64,000 nt of DNA from an uncultured Clostridia bacterium. Its GTDB lineage: Bacteria > Bacillota > Clostridia > Christensenellales > UBA1242. Position numbers and translations under genes: made by a program. Below, in pieces: positions 1 to 9,190 of the stretch. Where the stretch lies: positions 14,638-78,637 of the forward strand of contig CALVTE010000002.1 of the NCBI GenBank assembly GCA_944360075.1. The letters run 5' to 3'. The stretch's first letter is position 1. Each line of letters begins with the position of its first letter. A model generated the notes under the pieces. That model saw nothing but the letters and a program-made list of their open reading frames with translations, ran no database searches and had not been told where the DNA came from.

Positions 1-179
1 AAATAATCAAACAGTTTTGTTGCTTTGTTGATGGTTATTGGCAGCAAGCCTTCACCAAGCACGTCAAGCGTGCCAAGATGTCCTGCTTTGTTTGCTTTAA
101 GCATATATTTAACTTTGTTTACAGCAGAATTTGACGAAATTCCCGCTGGTTTGTTTAAAAGAATGATTCCATTTTGCAT
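1..179 (-). CDS. truB: tRNA pseudouridine(55) synthase TruB, first 59 codons only (gene runs off the left edge)
   Basis: Absent from the ORF track because there is no stop in the window. Hand translation from ATG at 179 gives MQNGIILLNKPAGISSNSAVNKVKYMLKANKAGHLGTLDVLGEGLLPITINKATKLFDY. This fits the TruB KPxGxxS ... GHxGTLD ... G.L ... ATK pattern. The position after rbfA/nrnA is as expected. Confidence 0.8.
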   Translation of the reverse strand, partial: MQNGIILLNKPAGISSNSAVNKVKYMLKANKAGHLGTLDVLGEGLLPITINKATKLFDY

Positions 180-279
180 AATATTCTCTCTTATTATTTT
201 TTTAAGATGAGTTTTTGATGAGCAAAGCACGCAGAAAACTTTGCAAGCATTATTGAAAAGTGGTTTAGCAAATTTCTCA

Positions 280-1248
280 TCAAATTTTTGGATAGAATTT
301 TTTAATTTCTTTCAGCACCAAGTTTTTAACGCTTTCAACACTTGCATTTTCGTCACAAATTTTTCCAGCACAAGCATATTCATGCCCGCCGCCTCCAAGG
401 TTTTGAGCAATCTCTCGGGTTGGATAATTTGTTTTTGACCTGAAGGAAAAATAAAATTCCTTAGGTTGTTTTTCCACCACGCTGAAGGCGATGTTTGATT
501 TTGCAAAGCTTATCAGTTGGCTGCTGATAGACGAAAAATCTTTTGCCCCCGCTTTCAAGTTTTTCATATCTTGTTGCGAAACAAGGCAATAGCAGATTGA
601 ACCGTTGAATTTGAAATTGTTGTAAACAAATTTTTTTATTTCCATCTCTTTTTTGCTGATGGAACGATAAAAAATTTCGTTAAACTTTGTTGTTTGCGCG
701 CCAAGTTTCAACAGTTTTTGAGCAACTAAAAAGGAATCGGAGTTTGTGTTGCTGTTGATGAAAGAATTTGTGTCTGCTGAAAGCCCAGCATACAAAACAG
801 TTGCTGTTTTTTCGTCTATTTTTATTTTGCCCTTTTCAAGAATTTCAAAAACAAGTTCGCAGCAAGAACTGCGAGTTGTGTTTATATAGTTAAGTTTGCC
901 TTTGAGCTCCAAATTTTTGTGATGGTCAATAACTATAGATGGAGTGTTTTGTGAAAAACATTCAGGATTTTGGCATCTGGTTGTTGTTGGATTGTCAACC
1001 GAAACAAAAAGGTCGTAATTTTTTTCGTTGAAGTGCTTTTCACTTATGTTTTCGCCAAAAAAATTTGTTGCTGTTTGGCTCATCTGTTCGCTACAAATAT
1101 AGTCTGCTTTTTTGCCCATGTTGTTAAGAGCATATTTCAGCCCTAGAGAAGAGCCAATCGCATCAAAATCAGGGTCAGAATGCGAAAAAATTGCAACACT
1201 TTTTGCCCTCTTCAAAGCTTTGAGTATTTTTTTAATTTCCTTCATCAT
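280..1248 (-). CDS. nrnA: DHH-family phosphoesterase (NrnA-like oligoribonuclease / pAp phosphatase)
   Basis: 322 aa. DHH motifs SHSDPDFDAIGS and VIDHHKN, plus DHHA1 GGGGH near the C-terminus. Lies between rbfA and truB. Confidence 0.8.
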   Translation of the reverse strand: MMKEIKKILKALKRAKSVAIFSHSDPDFDAIGSSLGLKYALNNMGKKADYICSEQMSQTATNFFGENISEKHFNEKNYDLFVSVDNPTTTRCQNPECFSQNTPSIVIDHHKNLELKGKLNYINTTRSSCCELVFEILEKGKIKIDEKTATVLYAGLSADTNSFINSNTNSDSFLVAQKLLKLGAQTTKFNEIFYRSISKKEMEIKKFVYNNFKFNGSICYCLVSQQDMKNLKAGAKDFSSISSQLISFAKSNIAFSVVEKQPKEFYFSFRSKTNYPTREIAQNLGGGGHEYACAGKICDENASVESVKNLVLKEIKKFYPKI

Positions 1249-1603
1249 CTTCCCCTTTTGGAATATTGAGAGTTTGCAAAATTTGATTGATTCTTATGCT
1301 TGCACTTGTGCCCTTATCAATTTCAAATTGAAGTTTTGGCATATGAGGCATATCAACTGCTTTTGCAAGCTCTCTTTTGATAAATCCTTCTGACTTTTGA
1401 AGAATTTCAATGGTTTTTTTCAGCTCGTTTTCGTCATCATCATCCAGTGCAATCTTGACTTTGCAATACTGAAAATCAGGTGTGACATTGACCGAGCTGA
1501 CATAAATAAAAGGAGACAACCTTGGGTCATTCATTTTGTTTTGCAAAATCAACGCAATTTGTTTTTGAAGTTGACTGTTTGCTCTTTCAAATCTGTTTGA
1601 CAT
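1232..1603 (-). CDS. rbfA: ribosome-binding factor A
   Basis: 123 aa of RbfA size and sequence style (VSSVNVTPDFQYCKVKIAL ... IKRELAKAVDMPHMPKLQFEID). AAAGGAGAA RBS. Immediately downstream of infB. Confidence 0.9.
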   Translation of the reverse strand: MSNRFERANSQLQKQIALILQNKMNDPRLSPFIYVSSVNVTPDFQYCKVKIALDDDDENELKKTIEILQKSEGFIKRELAKAVDMPHMPKLQFEIDKGTSASIRINQILQTLNIPKGEDDEGN

Positions 1604-1623
1604 AAGTTTTCTCCTTTATTTAA

Positions 1624-4098
1624 TTAAACTCGTTTTACAACCTCTTTGACGTAGAAGTCGATGGTGTCGCCTTCTTTAAAGTCGATGTTGTCGTGCAATT
1701 TTATGCCGCACTCAAAACCTTTTGCAACCTCTGCTTTTTCATCTTTAACAATTTTCAAAGAGTCGACAGTAGTGCTTCCGATTTCTTCGCCGTTACGCAT
1801 AACTTTTGCGATTGCATTTCTGACAACTTTGCCATCTTTGACATAACTTCCGGCAACTTTTCCGGCAGTTGAAAGCTTGAATACAACCCTAATCTCAGCA
1901 TTTCCGATATATTTTTCTTCATATTTGATGCTGAGCATTCCGTTGATGGCATTTGTAACATCGTCGACAACGTCGTAGATGATATTGTATTCTTTGATTT
2001 CAATTTTTGCAGAATCTGCAATGTTTTTCACTCGAGCCGAGGTTTTTTGGTTGAAATTGATGATGATTGCGCTTGTTGTTTGAGCAAGCGTCACATCACT
2101 TTCTGTGACTGCACCTGTTCCGCTGTGAACGATATTGACTTTAGCCTCTTCATTTCTGATGGCAAGAAGAGCATTTTTCAAAGCTTCAACTGACCCCATG
2201 GTGTCTGCTTTGAGAATAATATTAAGATTTTTCAAAGCCCCTTCTTGAACTCTGTTCATAAAGGTGTCGAGAGTCACGCCAGAAGACTGTTTTGCCCGTT
2301 CTTTTTTAAGTTTGTCAATTCTTTCTTGGATGACTTGTTTTGACAGCGTTTCTTCAACTGCATAAACTTCATCGCCAGAAGAAGGCACTTCGTTAAGCCC
2401 AAGAATAGCAACAGGTTTTGAAGGTTCGGCCGTTTTTACAGGTTTTCCATGGTCGTCAACCATTGCTCGAACTTTGCCGTAAGTAAGGCCAGATATGATT
2501 GAATCGCCCACACGGAGAGTTCCGTTTTGAACAATGATGTTTGCAACAGGCCCACGGTTTTTGTCGAGTTTTGCTTCAATAACCACAGCCACAGCCATTT
2601 TGTTTGGATTGGCCTTCAACTCTTGCATTTCAGCAACAAGCAAAATGGTTTGCTTCAGTTCGTCAAGGCCTGCCCCTGTTTTGGCAGAACATGGCACGCA
2701 TATAGCGTCACCGCCCCATTCTTCAGGCAGAATGTTGTTTTCAGCAAGCTGTTGTTTGATTCTGTCAGGATTTGCCTCTGGTTTATCCATTTTGTTGATG
2801 GCAACAATCATAGGCACGCCAGCTGCTTTGATATGATTGATGGCCTCAACTGTTTGAGGCATAATTCCATCATCAGCGGCCACAACAAGAATGGCAATAT
2901 CTGTCGCCTTTGCCCCTCTTGCACGCATTTGTGTGAAGGCTGCGTGGCCAGGAGTGTCGATAAAAGTGATTTTTTCGCCGTTGAATTCGATTTGATAAGC
3001 TCCAATGCTTTGTGTTATGCCGCCCGCTTCACCGCTGACAACATTAGTTTTTCGAAAGGCGTCAAGCAGCGAAGTTTTTCCATGGTCAACATGACCCATA
3101 ACAGCCACGATTGGCGGCCTTTTAACCAGATTTTCTTGCTCGTCTTCAACATGAGCGCTTTCCAGCAATTTTTCTTCGTAAGATTTTTCCGCTTTGAGTT
3201 CGAGTGTGATGCCAAAATCACTTGCAACCAGTTCTGCCGTTTCAAAATCGATGTTGGAGTTGATGGTTGCCATAACGCCAAGCAGCATCAATTTTTTAAC
3301 AATTTCTGTCACAGGTTTGCCGATTTTCTCGCTAAACTCTTTGACTGTAAACTCTTTTGAAGTCATAACTGCATGAGTGATAACCGTCACTGGCGCTTTC
3401 TTTTCTTCTTTCTTCTTTTTTACAACGCTTTTTCGTGAGCCGTAAGAGATTTCTTCAAAGCCATTTTCATCTTCAATAAAAATGTTGTTTTTGCGTGAAG
3501 AAGTGCTCTTTTTATTTTGATTTTTGCGTTCATCATTTCCAGAAGAATGCTTTTGTGCAAATTTAGCCTTGCTTGCATAGTTACGCTCTGCTTTAAGGTC
3601 AATTTCAGGAGCTTCATTTGAAGAAAACGATCTGAAATTGTTTGTTTTTGTTGAAACAAAATTGTTTCCAAATTTTTTGTTTTGGCCTTTGTTGAATTGT
3701 GAGTTTTGCCCTTGTGGTTTTTTTGCAAAAGCATCCTTTTTATCGTTTGGTCTTTGCTCGCGATTGAATGGTTTTTGTGAAAATTTGTTTTCTGGTTTTG
3801 AGTCAAACTTTCTAAAGTTGTTGTTTTGATTTTTTTCATTAGAAAAAGTTTGCGCTCTGTTCTCGGCGACAATTTTGGCAGGTTCTACTTCTTTTGGTTT
3901 GGCTGCTGCTTCGATATCTTTCAATCTTTTTGAAAGTTTTTGCGCAAAAGACTCAACAAGCCCTTTTGATTGTCGAACTTGCCCGATAAGACCGTTTATC
4001 AGTCCTTCTTTTTGCATATCATGGATGATTTTTAGATTATTAAGTTGATTAGCCAAATTTTCACTCCTTTTCTTCGCATAATTTTTGGATGTTTTCAC
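1624..4098 (-). CDS. infB: translation initiation factor IF-2
   Basis: 824-aa ORF. G-domain motifs [17 protein letters not shown] and NKMD. Low-complexity N/K/Q-rich N-terminal region. The ORF-track start is GTG at 4098. An in-frame TTG at 4056 lies 7 nt after AAGGAG and may be the real start. Confidence 0.95.
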   Translation of the reverse strand: MKTSKNYAKKRSENLANQLNNLKIIHDMQKEGLINGLIGQVRQSKGLVESFAQKLSKRLKDIEAAAKPKEVEPAKIVAENRAQTFSNEKNQNNNFRKFDSKPENKFSQKPFNREQRPNDKKDAFAKKPQGQNSQFNKGQNKKFGNNFVSTKTNNFRSFSSNEAPEIDLKAERNYASKAKFAQKHSSGNDERKNQNKKSTSSRKNNIFIEDENGFEEISYGSRKSVVKKKKEEKKAPVTVITHAVMTSKEFTVKEFSEKIGKPVTEIVKKLMLLGVMATINSNIDFETAELVASDFGITLELKAEKSYEEKLLESAHVEDEQENLVKRPPIVAVMGHVDHGKTSLLDAFRKTNVVSGEAGGITQSIGAYQIEFNGEKITFIDTPGHAAFTQMRARGAKATDIAILVVAADDGIMPQTVEAINHIKAAGVPMIVAINKMDKPEANPDRIKQQLAENNILPEEWGGDAICVPCSAKTGAGLDELKQTILLVAEMQELKANPNKMAVAVVIEAKLDKNRGPVANIIVQNGTLRVGDSIISGLTYGKVRAMVDDHGKPVKTAEPSKPVAILGLNEVPSSGDEVYAVEETLSKQVIQERIDKLKKERAKQSSGVTLDTFMNRVQEGALKNLNIILKADTMGSVEALKNALLAIRNEEAKVNIVHSGTGAVTESDVTLAQTTSAIIINFNQKTSARVKNIADSAKIEIKEYNIIYDVVDDVTNAINGMLSIKYEEKYIGNAEIRVVFKLSTAGKVAGSYVKDGKVVRNAIAKVMRNGEEIGSTTVDSLKIVKDEKAEVAKGFECGIKLHDNIDFKEGDTIDFYVKEVVKRV

Positions 4099-4354
4099 TA
4101 AGTTGTTTGTTTTTTATTGCGCAAATTTTGCAATTTTTTATAGAGACCAAATCGCCCAAAGCTTCAACTTCAACAATTTGGCAGGATTGGTTTTTGAGTT
4201 TTTCTATCAGCTTCAAGGTGTTTTTGCCGCAAGAGGAGTCATACAAAACAAGATAAAACTTTTTGTTATATTTTTCCAGTTTTTCTCCACCTATTATAAG
4301 ATAATTGGCTTTTCTGCAAATATTCAACAATCCTTTGATTTTATCTGTTTGCAA
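4061..4354 (-). CDS. ylxQ: L7Ae-family RNA-binding protein YlxQ
   Basis: Conserved ylxR-ylxQ-infB position. Core LLNICRKANYLIIGGEKL. The ORF extends to 4390, but the TTG at 4354 lies 6 nt after GGAGG and avoids a 50-nt overlap with ylxR. Confidence 0.75.
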   Translation of the reverse strand: MQTDKIKGLLNICRKANYLIIGGEKLEKYNKKFYLVLYDSSCGKNTLKLIEKLKNQSCQIVEVEALGDLVSIKNCKICAIKNKQLSENIQKLCEEKE

Positions 4355-4598
4355 TCTCTTCCTCCAACTGCTTATATATTTTCTCTTCAACCATACATTT
4401 GAAAGCTTTGTTTAAGATTTTTTGTTTTTTCAATTTCTCGAGGCATGACTGGTTTGTGCAGACATACGCTCCCCGACCGTTTGCTTTGCCGCTGCTGTCG
4501 ACAAAGATTTGCCCTTCTTTGTTTTTCACAACTCGTGTGAGGTCTTTTTTGTCAAACATTTGTCGGCAAGCAATGCACATTCTTTGTCGTTTTTCCAT
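4341..4598 (-). CDS. ylxR: YlxR/RnpM family (DUF448) RNA-binding protein
   Basis: Sequence RMCIACRQMFDKKDLTRVV ... GRGAYVC is typical of YlxR. ATG at 4598 lies 6 nt after AAGGGG. The ORF-track start (TTG at 4613) abuts the nusA stop. Confidence 0.85.
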   Translation of the reverse strand: MEKRQRMCIACRQMFDKKDLTRVVKNKEGQIFVDSSGKANGRGAYVCTNQSCLEKLKKQKILNKAFKCMVEEKIYKQLEEEIANR

Positions 4599-4613
4599 TA
4601 TTTTCCCCTTCAA

Positions 4614-5771
4614 TTATTCTTCATCGTCAATTGGAGAAAGGTCTTCAAGTTCTTCAAGATCGCCAAGGTCGTCAAAAGATTCATCGCTAAGTTCGGTAAG
4701 CTCATATTCAGGTTCTTTTGTGGCAGGTTTTGCAACTGAACTTTCGCTTTTGACTTCAATTTTCCAGCCTGTCAGCCTTGCAGCCAAGCGAACATTTTGA
4801 CCATTTTTGCCAATAGCAAGCGAAAGTTTGTCGTCAGGCACGATAACTCTTGAAGCTTTCAAGCTTTCGTTGGTTTCAACGCTCAAAACTTTGGCAGGGC
4901 TCAGTGCGCGAGCAATGTATTCAAGTGCATCGTCGGTGTATTCAATAAGGTCGATTTTTTCGCCGTTAAGTTCAGAAACGATGGTGTCAATTCTTTGGCC
5001 GTGGAAGCCAACGCAAGTGCCGATAGGGTCGATATTTTGCTTTTGAGTGAAAAGTGCCACTTTGGTTCTGTTGCCAGGATCTCTTGCAATGTTTTTGATA
5101 ACAATGTCGCCGTTTGCAACTTCTGGAATTTCAAGTTCAAACAATTTTCGAACAAAACCAATGTTGCTTCTGGTGACTTGGATTTGTGTGCCTTTGAAAG
5201 AATCTTTGATTTTTTTCACGTAGACTTTGACTCTGTCTCCCACATTAAATTTTTCGCCCGGAATCTGGTCAGATGGCAGCATCACGCCTTCAGTATGAGT
5301 GTTTGAAATTTGAACATAAACAGTGCCGTTGTCAATTCTTTTTACAATGGTTGTCAAAAGTTCATCTTCTTTTTCTGCAAGTTCGTCAAGAGCATTTTGG
5401 CGTTCCATCTCTTTAAGTTTTTGCATCACAACCTGTTTTGCAGTTTGAGCAGCAATTCGGCCAAATTCCTTGGTGGACTCTTCGCTTTGAACAATATCGC
5501 CAACCTTGAAGGACTTTTTGATAAGTCTTGCCTCAGCCAAAGAGATTTCTTTGTCAGGGTCTTCAACATTGTCAACGATGGTTTTGTAGGAATAGATGCG
5601 AATGGTGTTTTTTTCTGGATTGAGTTTGACCATTGCGCTTTTTGCTTCGCCATACATTTTTTTGTAGGCAGAAGTCAAAGCAGTTTCAAGAGTTTGGATA
5701 AAAGAATCTTTGTCAATCTTTTTTTCTGCTTGCAAATCTTCAAGTGCTTGAAAGAAATCTTTGTTAATCAT
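4614..5771 (-). CDS. nusA: transcription termination/antitermination factor NusA
   Basis: 385 aa. S1 and tandem KH regions (GDIVIKNIARDPGNRTKVAL, GKNGQNVRLAARLTGWKIEV) and an acidic C-terminal tail. AAGGAGAA RBS. Confidence 0.95.
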   Translation of the reverse strand: MINKDFFQALEDLQAEKKIDKDSFIQTLETALTSAYKKMYGEAKSAMVKLNPEKNTIRIYSYKTIVDNVEDPDKEISLAEARLIKKSFKVGDIVQSEESTKEFGRIAAQTAKQVVMQKLKEMERQNALDELAEKEDELLTTIVKRIDNGTVYVQISNTHTEGVMLPSDQIPGEKFNVGDRVKVYVKKIKDSFKGTQIQVTRSNIGFVRKLFELEIPEVANGDIVIKNIARDPGNRTKVALFTQKQNIDPIGTCVGFHGQRIDTIVSELNGEKIDLIEYTDDALEYIARALSPAKVLSVETNESLKASRVIVPDDKLSLAIGKNGQNVRLAARLTGWKIEVKSESSVAKPATKEPEYELTELSDESFDDLGDLEELEDLSPIDDEE

Positions 5772-5784
5772 AAATTTGTTCTCC

Positions 5785-6273
5785 TTAAAATTTTATTATA
5801 GGCACAATATGTGCAATCTTGTCTTTTTGAAGGGTAATCTGTTCTTGGTTTGCTTGTTTTCCCTTTTTGTCAGGCAAAGGTTTGATAGTAACCGTGTTTT
5901 GGTCAAATTCTACCAGCTCGCCTTCAAAATTTTTCACTCCGTTTTGTTTTGCAAAAAGAGTTACCGCGATTTCTTTGCCCAGATGTTTTTTTAAATCTTT
6001 GTCCGTTTTGAGCGGTCTGTCAATGCCGGGCGAGCTTACATTGAGAATATATGCTTGGTCGTCAGTCGGGTTAAGTTCGTCGAGAAGAGGGTCGATAGTT
6101 TTGCTGACAGCCTCGCAATCGTCGACGTCAATTCCACCATCCTTGTCAATAAAGAAAGTCAAATTCATGCCGTCTGTTTTTTTTGCGTATTCCACTTCCA
6201 CAACCTCGTAACCCATCCGCTCTATGACAGGAACGATTTTTTCTTCGCATAACGATTTGGTTTTGCTTGCCAA
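5785..6273 (-). CDS. rimP: ribosome maturation factor RimP
   Basis: 162 aa. TTG start 6 nt after AGGAGG. RimP-like LNVSSPGIDRPLK. Immediately upstream of nusA. Confidence 0.9.
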   Translation of the reverse strand: MASKTKSLCEEKIVPVIERMGYEVVEVEYAKKTDGMNLTFFIDKDGGIDVDDCEAVSKTIDPLLDELNPTDDQAYILNVSSPGIDRPLKTDKDLKKHLGKEIAVTLFAKQNGVKNFEGELVEFDQNTVTIKPLPDKKGKQANQEQITLQKDKIAHIVPIIKF

Positions 6274-6296
6274 TTTGTGCCTCCTTATCTATGAAG

Positions 6297-6327
6297 CAGG
6301 GAGTGAACAAAAACTGCTCACTCCCCG
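6297..6327 (-). promoter_or_regulatory. stable stem-loop in the rimP 5' leader
   Basis: Minus strand GGGGAGTGA-gcagtttttgt-TCACTCCCT, 20 nt upstream of the rimP RBS. No U-tract follows it. Confidence 0.35.
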
Positions 6328-6345
6328 CATCATCTAGTCAACCAT

Positions 6346-6374
6346 ATTTTAACACAAAACAAAGATAAAATCAA
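6346..6374 (-). promoter_or_regulatory. possible promoter of the rimP-nusA-infB operon (extended -10)
   Basis: Minus strand TTGATT-17 nt-(TGt)TAAAAT. Confidence 0.45.
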
Positions 6375-6387
6375 CTGTTTGATAAAA

Positions 6388-7920
6388 TTATTTTTTTATT
6401 TTGCAAAGTCCAAGCAGCACTTGTGCCGTTGCAAAAGCATCGTTATAGGCTCTATGCGCGCCTTCCAAAGTCAAACCTAGTGCCGAAACTATTGTGCCAA
6501 GCTTATAGTTTGCCAGCCTTAGCGAAGATGTTCTTGCAAGGATGAGAGTGTCGATGATTTGATTTTTGAAATGCAGCCCTGCTTTTTCAGCTGCTTTTTT
6601 GATAAACTTAAAGTCAAAACCTATAGCATTATGCCCGCAAAGCAAGCAACCTGTGCAAAAATCATAAAAATCATATATAACATCTTTTATCGAAGGAGCA
6701 TCTTTGACCATTTCGTTTGTGATATGAGTCAACTGTTGCACTTCTTGAGGAATAGAAATTGAAGGCTTTACAAAGCTTGCAAAACGCTCACAAATCACAC
6801 CGTCCACAACTTTGACGGCTCCGATTTCTGTGATTTCGTCATTTTCTGAGTCAAGACCAGTGGTTTCGATATCAAACACAACGATTGTTTTGCCGCGCAC
6901 AGTGTCGTTATAATCAATCTTTTTCTCAAAAAGTGATGACTGCTCTTCAATTTCGATTTTTTCAGGAAAAACCACCTGCTTATGCTGATAATCTTCTTCT
7001 CTTTGCGCTTGTTGACCTTCTTTTAGATGAGCCCACGACATTTTTCTTACATAATAAGTCAAATTGCCATTGAGACCGTAGTTGAGATCGCCAACGCACA
7101 ACACAGACATATTGTTTTCAAGGCTGTCCATCACCTTCTCATTGGTTTTCGAGCAAAAATAGACGCATTCAATTTTCGATCCGTCATCAAGAGTAAAGGT
7201 GTAAAGAGCTTTTTCTTGACCGGCACGTTTGCCCTTTTTTATAGTAAAGGTCTTTTTTGCAATGTTTGAGATGTTTCCAAACAAGATGACAGACTGCTTT
7301 GGTTTGTTGTTGTTTTTTATGTATTCAGGCTTTGGAGTAATCTCTCCACCGACGATTTTTTTTAGGATTTCCACCTGATAACGCTCAACTTTGTTTGAAG
7401 CAGTTGGCTCTAAATCGGGAGAATCAATTTGCTGAGGAAGGCTGTCCTCATTTGCCAGAAAAACAACAGAAAAGTTGGCTATAAATTTTTCGCTAAGATA
7501 TTTTATCAGACCAGTTTTAAGTTCTTGCTCATCCAGCATAGAAAGCACGTCTTGATTGATTTTGATTTGCACTGAAATATCGTAATCATCTTGTGTGATT
7601 GTGATGTTCTCGTCAAAAATGTAAGGAGCGACAGATTGTTTTTCAGATTTAAAAAACCGGCCTATTTCACGCCTTATCAAAACCTCGTCTAAAAAGCTTT
7701 TTTTGAATTTGACTTTAACATCGCAGTTGAACGAAAAGGTGTCTTTGATAAACTGCTCAATTTCTTTTCGGTCTTGCGGCTGCAAATCTTCGTGTGAAAA
7801 AGGGAACAAAAAAGTAAAAGTGCATAGGTTTGAATTTTTGTCAAAAAGCACTTCATATAATTTTAAAAAACTGTATTTATCGTCAAACTTTTTGTTGAGT
7901 TTTTGTAAAATCTCGTTCAT
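6388..7920 (-). CDS. PolC-like N-terminal/OB-fold/DnaQ-type 3'-5' exonuclease protein lacking PHP and polymerase domains
   Basis: 510 aa. C-terminal DEDDh exonuclease motifs: IVVFDIETTGL (ExoI), GHNAIGFDFKF (ExoII) and HRAYNDAFA (ExoIII). The central segment VILFGNISNIAKKTFTIKKGKRAGQEKALYTFTLDDGSKIECVYF resembles the PolC OB fold. The N-terminus resembles PolC NTD (NLCTFTFLFPF). Occupies the rseP-[polC]-rimP slot. Confidence 0.7.
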   Translation of the reverse strand: MNEILQKLNKKFDDKYSFLKLYEVLFDKNSNLCTFTFLFPFSHEDLQPQDRKEIEQFIKDTFSFNCDVKVKFKKSFLDEVLIRREIGRFFKSEKQSVAPYIFDENITITQDDYDISVQIKINQDVLSMLDEQELKTGLIKYLSEKFIANFSVVFLANEDSLPQQIDSPDLEPTASNKVERYQVEILKKIVGGEITPKPEYIKNNNKPKQSVILFGNISNIAKKTFTIKKGKRAGQEKALYTFTLDDGSKIECVYFCSKTNEKVMDSLENNMSVLCVGDLNYGLNGNLTYYVRKMSWAHLKEGQQAQREEDYQHKQVVFPEKIEIEEQSSLFEKKIDYNDTVRGKTIVVFDIETTGLDSENDEITEIGAVKVVDGVICERFASFVKPSISIPQEVQQLTHITNEMVKDAPSIKDVIYDFYDFCTGCLLCGHNAIGFDFKFIKKAAEKAGLHFKNQIIDTLILARTSSLRLANYKLGTIVSALGLTLEGAHRAYNDAFATAQVLLGLCKIKK

Positions 7921-7929
7921 ACCGACATT

Positions 7930-9111
7930 TTACAACACAAAATGCAAAATGTCAATCAATATGACAGCAGCAAACAAAACCAGCAAACCCACCGTGTGAA
8001 TCATGTTTTCAACTTCTCGCTTTATTGGTTTTTTTCGTATGCTTTCAATCATTGTAAACATCACATGTGAGCCATCGAGCGAGGGCAAAGGCAGAATATT
8101 GAACACTGCCAAATTGGCGGAAATAAGAGGAATTAAAATCAAAACATTTGCAAGGTTTGCTTGTGTGAATGAAGCAATCGTTTCAATGGTGGTCAAAGGT
8201 CCGCCTATTTGCGACAAAGGCAACTGGAAGGTGATAAGCAGCCACAAAGATTTAAGCACAATCCAAGCAAGACCAACGGCAAAAGGCACGCAACGCTCCA
8301 AGGCTTCCCAAAAGGTGTGAACATAGGCCTTTGCGCTTATACCAGTCGTGTAAATTGTTTCGCTTTCGCCAAGCTGATACTGCCCTGTTTGGCTGTCAAC
8401 AGACTTGATTGGAGAAAGAGTGACAACAGAAAAACCAGTATAAGCCGTTTGATACTGTCCATTTCGTCGAACTGTCAGCTCTAAAAGCGGATAATCTGCC
8501 ACGCTTGCATTGTTCTCTTCCGCCCACTTTTTGGCAGCATTTTCATGCTTTGTGATGGCGTCATTATAGTTAATTCCATAAGCAAAGTCGATTTTTTCGC
8601 CGTTTATGGCAAGAATGACATCGCCTTTTTGAAGACGCAAACTCTCTTCAAGGGTGAAAATTTTTGAATTTTGCTCAACTTTTGAAATTATATAACCATT
8701 TTGAGGCTGGTCTGAGGCAGTAGGATAGGCAAAGGAAACAACCTCTGGGATGTCATAGCCAATTGTGCAAAGCAGAATCAAAGAAAAAATTACGGCGGTT
8801 GCAAAATTGAAAGAAACCCCTGCCACAAACACCAAAATTCTTTTCCAAGGTGGCTGCGAGTTAAAACTATCTTTTCCATCACTGCTTTCTTCTTCGCCTT
8901 CAAAAGCACAGTATCCACCAAGCGGAAAAAGACGCAAAGAAATCAATTCTCCGCGTTTGTTTTTACGAGAAATAAGGGCTTTTCCAAACCCTACCGAAAA
9001 CTCTGTAATTTTAAAATTTAACATTCTTCCAATGCAATAATGCCCAAATTCATGCACCAAAACCATAAACAGCAAAATCACAATGGCAAGAATGATATAA
9101 AGCACAAACAT
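7930..9111 (-). CDS. rseP: RIP zinc metalloprotease RseP/RasP (M50 with PDZ)
   Basis: 393 aa. HEFGHY zinc motif in TM1, a central PDZ-like region, and NILPLPSLDGSH. Downstream of cdsA. Confidence 0.9.
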   Translation of the reverse strand: MFVLYIILAIVILLFMVLVHEFGHYCIGRMLNFKITEFSVGFGKALISRKNKRGELISLRLFPLGGYCAFEGEEESSDGKDSFNSQPPWKRILVFVAGVSFNFATAVIFSLILLCTIGYDIPEVVSFAYPTASDQPQNGYIISKVEQNSKIFTLEESLRLQKGDVILAINGEKIDFAYGINYNDAITKHENAAKKWAEENNASVADYPLLELTVRRNGQYQTAYTGFSVVTLSPIKSVDSQTGQYQLGESETIYTTGISAKAYVHTFWEALERCVPFAVGLAWIVLKSLWLLITFQLPLSQIGGPLTTIETIASFTQANLANVLILIPLISANLAVFNILPLPSLDGSHVMFTMIESIRKKPIKREVENMIHTVGLLVLFAAVILIDILHFVL

Positions 9112-9190
9112 TTGACCATCCTGTAATTTTATTTCAAACTTATCAGTATTATATTGTCAAAAAATTTTAAAAATACCCTGCAAAAATTTT

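Noticed and set aside
25-210. 61-aa plus-strand ORF at the left edge.
   Set aside because: The opposite strand encodes a clear TruB N-terminus starting at 179, so the plus-strand ORF is its shadow.
2527-3360. 277-aa plus-strand ORF, and several 60-100-aa ORFs, antisense to infB.
   Set aside because: They lie entirely inside the well-supported infB reading frame. They are Phe/Cys/His-rich nonsense typical of shadow frames of AT-rich genes, and they have no RBS.
3420-3872. 150-aa minus-strand ORF in an alternative frame of the infB N-terminal region (a possible overprinted gene).
   Set aside because: It falls in the low-complexity A/K-rich coding region, where alternative frames stay open by composition. 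It has no RBS, and no support for it can be assessed here.
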